A DNA stretch of 30,612 nucleotides from a virus (taxonomy: Duplodnaviria > Caudoviricetes), in IMG/VR virus record IMGVR_UViG_3300026187_000007, positions 1-30,612 of that record. One strand, given 5' to 3'. The position numbers were made by a program, and so were the translations under genes. Below the pieces are notes generated by a model. It had not been told where the DNA came from. It saw only the letters and a program-made list of their open reading frames with translations, and did no database searches. Of this stretch, positions 24,955-30,612 are shown in pieces. Within the stretch, counting starts at the first letter, position 1. Every line of letters begins with the position of its first letter.

Positions 24955-26124
24955 TTAGTAAATAAAATATTCCCCCTTATTCGGGTTCTCTAGAGTATCG
25001 GTAAGAATATATCTAGCCGCATCTATACAGTCTGGGTGCGCTCCGCTTGGCTTTTGTAACGTATTACCGTCTTTATCTTTAGCCCAAACGTAACCCTCCA
25101 GCTCTCGCTTTAAGTTCTTACTTCTTGAAGTTATATATATCTCGTTTTGGTTTATTAGATTTATACCATATACTACGGAATCTCTTCCTTTGGATACTGG
25201 GAAAACATTATGGCCGTAGCTTACTAGTTCCGCTATACTCTTAGGCTCTGCGGAATCGGCTATTATATTTTCTTTTATATTATTCTCTTGCAAGAAGTAG
25301 GAGATATCTCTATTTAGCATTCCTTTCTTATAAAGTACTTCGTCAAAGATATAGGCCTCGTTCCATTTGTATAATCCTATTAGCGTACTAGGATCCACAG
25401 AATAACCGAAGTCCATACCATACCCTATAAGTCTAGCTTCTTCTGGTATATTATCTATTTCTCTCCAATCTGGTATACATGCCCCAGAAAGAGATCCCTG
25501 CTCTCCAAGACCGTAGACTCTCCACCAGTTGGCCCAAAAAGTTGAGGTCTTAGCTTTCTCTCTAGCCTTTTCTATTTCTTTTACTATAGAAGGCGCTAAA
25601 GCATCGTTATCTTTATAGGTAAGAGTTATATAATCTACGTCTGGCTCTCCTATTATTTCTTTATCTACCCAGAAGGCATGCGAAGGGTTATAATCTAACC
25701 AGATATTCCCAGAGGTTCTTATTTGGAGTTCCGAGAAAGCAGAAAAAGAGATATTATTACACTCATTAATAAAGAGATCTGTACGGCGACTACCGCGTAA
25801 TTTGTCTGGCTGGTCCGTACTAAAGAACTCTATATAGCTTCCGTTAGTAAAAGTATATTTTAAAGTACTGCGATTAAATTGGTTTTCTTTATATCTATTA
25901 AGGCCTTTTAGGATATTTAAAAAATCTTTTAATGCTCCCCGTCTTACTGCAGGAATAGACTCAGCTACTACGCTTATTTCTTTTCCTTCTTGAGTAATTG
26001 CCTCGTTAATTAGTATAGCTAGTATACAGATAGTTTTACCCGCAGAGGTTCCACCCTTCACTACTTTAGTTCTTTGGGTTAATTCTCTTAGTTTATAAAA
26101 TGCTGGGGTTTTCTTTATCCGCAT
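24955..26124 (-). CDS. terL: Terminase large subunit (PBSX/SPP1-like)
   Basis: GGTSAGKT Walker A, LFINE Walker B, DYNP, GMDFG and DCIDAARY nuclease motifs. Confidence 0.95.
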   Translation of the reverse strand: MRIKKTPAFYKLRELTQRTKVVKGGTSAGKTICILAILINEAITQEGKEISVVAESIPAVRRGALKDFLNILKGLNRYKENQFNRSTLKYTFTNGSYIEFFSTDQPDKLRGSRRTDLFINECNNISFSAFSELQIRTSGNIWLDYNPSHAFWVDKEIIGEPDVDYITLTYKDNDALAPSIVKEIEKAREKAKTSTFWANWWRVYGLGEQGSLSGACIPDWREIDNIPEEARLIGYGMDFGYSVDPSTLIGLYKWNEAYIFDEVLYKKGMLNRDISYFLQENNIKENIIADSAEPKSIAELVSYGHNVFPVSKGRDSVVYGINLINQNEIYITSRSKNLKRELEGYVWAKDKDGNTLQKPSGAHPDCIDAARYILTDTLENPNKGEYFIY

Positions 26125-26154
26125 ATAAGTACAGATAAGAGCTTAGGTTATCTC

Positions 26155-26385
26155 TTAATCCATAAATAGAGGGACATCTTCGGAGATATTAATATCCTTA
26201 GTCTCTCTAGGTTTTCCTGCGTAGTAGTTATAAAATAACTGTACGAATTTAAAGTCTCCTTTTTCTACTCCCTTCTTTAGAGCTTCGAATGCAGTATCTT
26301 CTAAAGGAGATAACTTCTCTATTAAAGAGATTTCTTCTGCTTTAGGTTTACGTCCTGCTCCTTCTCTTTTTCCTCCGTGAGCCAT
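26155..26385 (-). CDS. terS: Terminase small subunit (putative)
   Basis: HGGKREGAGRKP N-terminus; directly upstream of terL. Confidence 0.7.
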   Translation of the reverse strand: MAHGGKREGAGRKPKAEEISLIEKLSPLEDTAFEALKKGVEKGDFKFVQLFYNYYAGKPRETKDINISEDVPLFMD

Positions 26386-26405
26386 TTGATATAAGTTGAT
26401 TATTC

Positions 26406-26437
26406 AAGTATATAATAAAAAAAAGGGTTAACTGTTA
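26406..26437 (-). promoter_or_regulatory. Putative phage-sigma late promoter
   Basis: TAACA-N14-TTATTA; ATG lies 20 nt further downstream than in the other five copies. Confidence 0.7.
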
Positions 26438-26841
26438 ATTACTAGTTGATCTATTAGGATTCTTTTCTCTTTTCTTTCTTGTCTTAGGGCTAATAAAGCA
26501 GAAGCGTATTTCTTACGATAGTAAGCTGCAGGATTTATTTCTTTGTCCCTTACTCCGTTCTCTTTCTTTATGTATATAACTAATTTGTTATATATCTCTA
26601 AGTACTCTCTAGCATCTTCGTAAACGCTTATCTGCTGGTCGAATACTTTTAAACCATGTAGGGCAGTGGCATGATCTCTTTCTACTAGGCTAGCTATTCT
26701 AGCTAAAGAGTTTCTAGTATTTAGTCTGGCTAGTTTATAATATATAGCCCTAGCGTATACTGTTTCTCTTTTTCGGTTTTTACTTGCTAGTTTAGTCTCG
26801 GTTTCCTTTTCGACTATTTCGAGTATTGTTTCTAATTTCAT
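26428..26841 (-). CDS. DnaA domain-IV-like HTH DNA-binding protein
   Basis: RKRETVYARAI..SLARIASLVERDHATALHG matches the DnaA C-terminal RDHTTVLH pattern. Confidence 0.8.
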   Translation of the reverse strand: MKLETILEIVEKETETKLASKNRKRETVYARAIYYKLARLNTRNSLARIASLVERDHATALHGLKVFDQQISVYEDAREYLEIYNKLVIYIKKENGVRDKEINPAAYYRKKYASALLALRQERKEKRILIDQLVINS

Positions 26842-27034
26842 CTATCTTTAATTTTATTGAGTTAATGGTATTTTCTTTTACTTCTTTGACTGCTCTAAGA
26901 ATACCCTCGCAGGCTTCGTAATCTTCTAGGGCCTCGTAGTAGGCGATCGCTTTTTCTAAATCGTCTATAGAAGCCCCTTCAGATAAATCTTGCAAGGCCA
27001 TATAATAAAAATCATTTACTATATTCCTATTCAC
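26792..27034 (-). CDS. Hypothetical helical protein
   Basis: YEALEDYEAC helix-pair motif. Confidence 0.65.
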   Translation of the reverse strand: MNRNIVNDFYYMALQDLSEGASIDDLEKAIAYYEALEDYEACEGILRAVKEVKENTINSIKLKIDEIRNNTRNSRKGNRD

Positions 27035-27737
27035 TAATTAAGTCCTTTTTCTTGCAGTAATTATAAACCTCTACAATTTCTTTTACTATATCTCCTTCTC
27101 TATTATAGATATTTAGTTTTCTCTTATAGCAGTTCTTAATTAAATGGTCCAAATCAAAGTTATCGTTTTTTATCATTACTTTCTTCATGGCCCGCACAAA
27201 TTTAGACTGTTTAGCGTTATCTAGTACTTCTGAGAGTTCTACGCAATTATTTAAAACAGAATCTCCTAATTCTAAATTTATTTTATAGGACCTATTCTTT
27301 ATGGCAGTATTACTTCCTTTTCCCGTAGCGTTATAAGCATCTACTACAGTCATAAAATTAAAGTCATCCTCCCAGTCCTCAGTAAGCTCTAAAATTCTAG
27401 CGCAGTCTAGGTTACCTTGTTTAGCTTGGTTATGTAATCTATCCTTTGCCTTCCAGTCTTTCCTGTCGTTATTCATTACTTCTATATCGTTATTGGTGGA
27501 GTAATTATTTACGACGTACCAAACTGGTAGATTATTTTTTCTTAGAATTATAAACCTATGCTGGCCATCTGTTATATAGCCATCGCTATTAACCATTAAA
27601 GGAGTCTTTAAACCGTGTGCTAATATAGACTTTTCTATAGTTTTAAGATTCTTATTATCTATATCTCTATTGTGGTCTAAGAAGTTAAATAAATTGTAAT
27701 CGGTAGTCGAATGTAAATTAAATAAGGGTTTTTTCAT
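27027..27737 (-). CDS. ParB/Srx-like N-terminal domain protein
   Basis: HNRDID, PLMVN, ITDGQHRF. Confidence 0.75.
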   Translation of the reverse strand: MKKPLFNLHSTTDYNLFNFLDHNRDIDNKNLKTIEKSILAHGLKTPLMVNSDGYITDGQHRFIILRKNNLPVWYVVNNYSTNNDIEVMNNDRKDWKAKDRLHNQAKQGNLDCARILELTEDWEDDFNFMTVVDAYNATGKGSNTAIKNRSYKINLELGDSVLNNCVELSEVLDNAKQSKFVRAMKKVMIKNDNFDLDHLIKNCYKRKLNIYNREGDIVKEIVEVYNYCKKKDLISE

Positions 27738-27762
27738 GTTTTCTAATTATTTGTTTTATTTG

Positions 27763-28524
27763 TTATAATATTCCTCTCAAAACGTATTGGTCTATATCGT
27801 TCTCTTCTCTAAAGAAGTATTTATATATTCCTACGGCTTGGATAAATTTAGCGCGTCCTGCTTCTATAAATTCTTCGCTTGTTTCGAATATACCTATATC
27901 TGTAGAAGCTTTATCTACTACGATAAAAGTACATTTCTTACGGTTAAACATCTTTAAATATAAGTAAGCTTGTAGGTCATATCCGTATTTAGAAGCTGAA
28001 AAACGGAAGGTAGAAAGGTCGGCTGAGCTTTTTATATCGCAGATCATATCGTCCCTAAGGATATCTGCTTTAGCTCTAAAAGGTAATCCTTCTAACATAG
28101 CTATCTCTGGCACTTCGAACTCAGACTTGCCTAATAATTTTAATACCTCTTCATTCCTTAATAGAGCATCTGCTAATCTTTCGCTTTCGCTTATTTCTTT
28201 TCTTAGGTATACTTCCCCATGCTCTGCTAGAGCCTCTTTATATATCTTAGTATTTTTAGTCGTAGCGTCTACCACTTTCAAAGCGTCTATTTTGTGGGGT
28301 TCTAAAACCGTCCAATGCAAAAGCTTTCCTAGTCTAAGGGCTGGACTATCTCCAGATCCGTACTTAATTACGTTCCTATAAGTCTTAGGAGATTTAAGTA
28401 AAGTTTTTAAAGAGCTACTACTTAAAGCGTGCTTACCTAAGTGGCCGTAATAAAATTCGTCGCTATACATCATACTAAGGATCTCTTCCTTTAAATACGA
28501 TTCGTTATTAAGTAAGGTTATCAT
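27763..28524 (-). CDS. RecE/exonuclease VIII-like PD-(D/E)XK exonuclease
   Basis: LSSSSLK, G.L.H..LEP, RAKADI, DIKS, YDLQAYLY. Confidence 0.85.
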   Translation of the reverse strand: MITLLNNESYLKEEILSMMYSDEFYYGHLGKHALSSSSLKTLLKSPKTYRNVIKYGSGDSPALRLGKLLHWTVLEPHKIDALKVVDATTKNTKIYKEALAEHGEVYLRKEISESERLADALLRNEEVLKLLGKSEFEVPEIAMLEGLPFRAKADILRDDMICDIKSSADLSTFRFSASKYGYDLQAYLYLKMFNRKKCTFIVVDKASTDIGIFETSEEFIEAGRAKFIQAVGIYKYFFREENDIDQYVLRGIL

Positions 28525-28670
28525 AGCTCTATAATTTCTTGTTGGGCCTCTAGCCTTGATAATAATACTTGCTTACATTTTTTTCTATAAGCATCTAAAA
28601 GACTCTCGTTAGTAGCATCCTCTAGGAGCTGCTCGTTAGTCATCTCTTGGTAATAAATCTCAAATTCCAT
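28521..28670 (-). CDS. 49 aa protein (not in ORF track)
   Basis: MEFEIYYQEMTNEQLLEDATNESLLDAYRKKCKQVLLSRLEAQQEIIEL; ATGA overlap. Confidence 0.7.
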   Translation of the reverse strand: MEFEIYYQEMTNEQLLEDATNESLLDAYRKKCKQVLLSRLEAQQEIIEL

Positions 28671-28694
28671 AATTATTAGTTTTAAAGTTATACG

Positions 28695-28726
28695 CTAATA
28701 TAGTAAACATTTTATTAACTATCGCT
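28695..28726 (-). promoter_or_regulatory. Host-type promoter variant
   Basis: TATATTAG -7-like box; shares a 15-bp spacer sequence with the 24922 promoter. Confidence 0.5.
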
Positions 28727-28840
28727 ATTTTCTTTTAAAATTTTTTCCTCTAGCTTTTCTATTCTACTTAAAGCCACTACTAACGCTTGCTGGACTAGCT
28801 TTAAATCGTATTGCATTTTAATAAGTTTAGCCTCTTTCAT
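28715..28840 (-). CDS. 41 aa coiled-coil peptide (not in ORF track)
   Basis: MKEAKLIKMQYDLKLVQQALVVALSRIEKLEEKILKENSDS. Confidence 0.6.
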   Translation of the reverse strand: MKEAKLIKMQYDLKLVQQALVVALSRIEKLEEKILKENSDS

Positions 28841-28970
28841 TATAAGCTTGCTTACAGACTGCGTAACGCTGGTCTTTGTTTTTATATTCGTTTACCATTA
28901 CGCGATCTATCATGCACCGCTGGATAAATTCTTTTTCTGTTTCTGTAGTTTTAGGTTTAGGTATTGGCAT
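28827..28970 (-). CDS. 47 aa two-Cys peptide (not in ORF track)
   Basis: MPIPKPKTTETEKEFIQRCMIDRVMVNEYKNKDQRYAVCKQAYNERG; TAATG overlap. Confidence 0.7.
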   Translation of the reverse strand: MPIPKPKTTETEKEFIQRCMIDRVMVNEYKNKDQRYAVCKQAYNERG

Positions 28971-29221
28971 TATCTTAAATTTTTAATTTTTTCTAAATAT
29001 AAGGCAGCGTCTAAAAGTTCCTGCTGAAGTTCGTTTACCCATCTATAAAATCCATCTGGATTATCTTCTAGGGTAGTACCGTATTCTTTTATTCCCTTCT
29101 GGGATCTAGAATCTAGTAAGTTCTTAACTTTCTCTACTATTCCGTCTTTCTTTGCTTCGTATACTAAACCCGTAGTAGAATCAGTAACGAACCCTTTTAA
29201 GTTATCCATGTAGCTATTCAT
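28970..29221 (-). CDS. Small all-alpha protein, possible MazG-like NTP pyrophosphatase fold
   Basis: RSQKGIKEYGTTL...LQQELLDAALY (ExxD). Confidence 0.5.
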   Translation of the reverse strand: MNSYMDNLKGFVTDSTTGLVYEAKKDGIVEKVKNLLDSRSQKGIKEYGTTLEDNPDGFYRWVNELQQELLDAALYLEKIKNLR

Positions 29222-29300
29222 TTATTATAAAGTAATATATTTTTACTATAAAGTATTCTAATATCCTAAAGGCTATATAGCCAGCTAAAAAACTATCCAT
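29214..29300 (-). CDS. 28 aa membrane peptide (not in ORF track)
   Basis: MDSFLAGYIAFRILEYFIVKIYYFIINE; overlaps both neighbours. Confidence 0.5.
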   Translation of the reverse strand: MDSFLAGYIAFRILEYFIVKIYYFIINE

Positions 29301-29592
29301 AGGCTATTCTATATTTTTGTAATTCTTTTTCTACCTCAGCTAGTTTCTCTTCTGCTTTCCTTGCTCGTTCTATTGCTCTTAGCTTATCGGATCGAAACTC
29401 TTCTATAATCTTTTCTCTATACCATTCGTTAGTTTCTAGTTCATGCGTATAAAAATACCAGCTATTAATAGCGTCTATAAGTTGGTCTAATTCTGGAATA
29501 GGTTTTCTTCTTTTCCATTCTAATACTTTACTAGCTATTATCTCGAAGTCGTTACTAAACTGGAGGCTTTTAAGGTTCTGGATTTTTCTCAT
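29293..29592 (-). CDS. Hypothetical coiled-coil protein
   Basis: Heptad-rich C-terminus (DKLRAIERARKAEEK). Confidence 0.7.
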   Translation of the reverse strand: MRKIQNLKSLQFSNDFEIIASKVLEWKRRKPIPELDQLIDAINSWYFYTHELETNEWYREKIIEEFRSDKLRAIERARKAEEKLAEVEKELQKYRIAYG

Positions 29593-30046
29593 ATTCTATT
29601 ATTTGTTTTTGTAAGTGTCTAATATCGTTATAAGTTACTTTAATTAAAACATCTTTCCTATCTTTTCTAGTATATCTTTTTTTATAGTCTTTCTTATCTT
29701 TTGCTATTTCTGTAAACTGACTAGCGTACTCGTATAGATCTATTCTCTTAAAAAAGCAGAACGAATTAAGCTCTATAATATCAAATACTATATATTCTGC
29801 GCAGCACTCTAACCAGCCCTTATCTCCTTTTACATTCTTTAATTCTAGCCAGATAGTCTCTAGATGCCTATTACCTTTTACGTCTATACCTATGTCGTTA
29901 ACGTAAAAATCTATATGCTTATTAATATCGTCTTGGGTACTAGACTTTACGCAGGAATTATCTCTCTCTAGCATTAGCTTTAGAAATTTATCCTCTGCTT
30001 TATTACCCTCGTTAAAAGAATATCTATATCTAGCTCCCGATACCAT
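29570..30046 (-). CDS. PD-(D/E)XK endonuclease-like protein
   Basis: G..AE, HIDFYV, IDVKG, IWLELKNVKGDKGWL. Confidence 0.7.
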   Translation of the reverse strand: MVSGARYRYSFNEGNKAEDKFLKLMLERDNSCVKSSTQDDINKHIDFYVNDIGIDVKGNRHLETIWLELKNVKGDKGWLECCAEYIVFDIIELNSFCFFKRIDLYEYASQFTEIAKDKKDYKKRYTRKDRKDVLIKVTYNDIRHLQKQIIEYEKNPEP

Positions 30047-30047
30047 A

Positions 30048-30524
30048 TTAAGAATATTCGTTATAAACTTTTACTAAAGCATTCCAGACTGTGTTTCTAA
30101 AAGAGCATTGAGTACATTCTACTTTAGTTCTAAATATCCGCTCGTATATAGCAGCGTAAGTTTTTACCTCTTCTGCGCTAAACTTATTCTTTCTAGTATC
30201 TATGGCCATTTTCATTAAATCAAATTCAGACTCCGTAAAACATTCTGGCTTTCTAGAAGGAAAGAGTTGATTGAGCCGTTTTTTTCTAGAATTGCATCCG
30301 CAATCGAGGCCGAGAGCGTCAAAGGTAGTATCTACTATTTTCTTTATACCAGTAGCTTTAGTTACCTTTTCTATTTTATCTCCTAGACCCGTAGAAAGGG
30401 CAGCATGGTTTTCTTTAAAGTTTTCGTACTCTTCTTTTTTTACCGCTTCTTTTAAAGCTCGATATTCTTTAGATCGTTTATCACCCTTATAAGCGTTCAA
30501 AATCTCCTTGTTTGAAATCTTCAT
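30048..30524 (-). CDS. Cys-containing hypothetical protein
   Basis: GLGDKIEKVTKATGIK..DCGC..RK..LN and C-terminal CTQC; overlaps the sigma gene end across the circular junction. Confidence 0.7.
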   Translation of the reverse strand: MKISNKEILNAYKGDKRSKEYRALKEAVKKEEYENFKENHAALSTGLGDKIEKVTKATGIKKIVDTTFDALGLDCGCNSRKKRLNQLFPSRKPECFTESEFDLMKMAIDTRKNKFSAEEVKTYAAIYERIFRTKVECTQCSFRNTVWNALVKVYNEYS

Positions 30525-30612
30525 AATCTTCGCTAATTTTATTTTTAATATCTAATTTAAGGTTTTTTAAAGTATTAAAGATACTTACCCAGCTTATTTT
30601 AGTTTCGCTAGC
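30486..30612. repeat. Terminal direct repeat, copy 2
   Basis: Identical to 1-127. Confidence 0.95.

Noticed and set aside
27738-27765. Seventh late-promoter copy
   Set aside because: TAACA is present, but the element 14 nt on is TTAGAA rather than TTATTA, and the ATG spacing differs.
3741-30492. Other plus-strand ORFs in the track (3741, 4251, 4415, 6447, 13438, 14539, 15477, 19092, 21965, 22993, 28127, 30271)
   Set aside because: All lie opposite well-supported minus-strand genes and have shadow-like composition.
30486-30612. 127-bp repeat as a biological terminal repeat
   Set aside because: Length matches an assembler k-mer and it lies within coding sequence; it indicates circularity only.
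1-30612. Genome-wide stop-codon reassignment
   Set aside because: Genes are intact under code 11; TAA, TAG and TGA all end genes at tight overlaps.
1-30612. CRISPR array, tRNA, integrase/att site
   Set aside because: No regularly spaced repeats, cloverleaf or recombinase motifs found by eye; intergenic space is minimal.

Overview
The window is an apparently complete, circularised ~30.5 kb tailed (siphovirus-like) phage genome. Bases 1-127 repeat exactly at 30486-30612, so the unit length is 30,485 bp. Essentially all genes are on the minus strand. A TAnnTTTG promoter and AT-rich, Shine-Dalgarno-free start regions point to a Bacteroidota (probably Flavobacteriia) host. Replication/recombination genes: DnaB-like helicase, SSB-like protein, NinG-like nuclease, RecE-like exonuclease, ParB-like protein, DnaA-domain-IV-like HTH. 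The genome also carries an ECF-type sigma factor, terminase, head/tail genes in non-canonical order, a LamG receptor-binding fibre and a multi-gene lysis block. I saw no integrase, DNA polymerase, tRNA or CRISPR. Signals not shown by the ORF track: (1) six copies of a strictly spaced WWACA-N14-TTATTA motif, five followed by ATG exactly 7 nt later (probable phage-sigma, near-leaderless late regulon); (2) short elements just before intrinsic terminators that are antisense to translation-initiation regions (candidate 3'-UTR sRNAs); (3) a +1 frame held open across the whole endolysin gene, in frame with the upstream gene's UGA; (4) a -1 frameshift with a dual-coding tail-chaperone region; (5) genome-wide CA/TG depletion sparing CAG/CTG, with a recently acquired fibre island that lacks it; (6) peptide-adaptor/fibre gene pairs. 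Product calls come from motif recognition only; no database searches were run.
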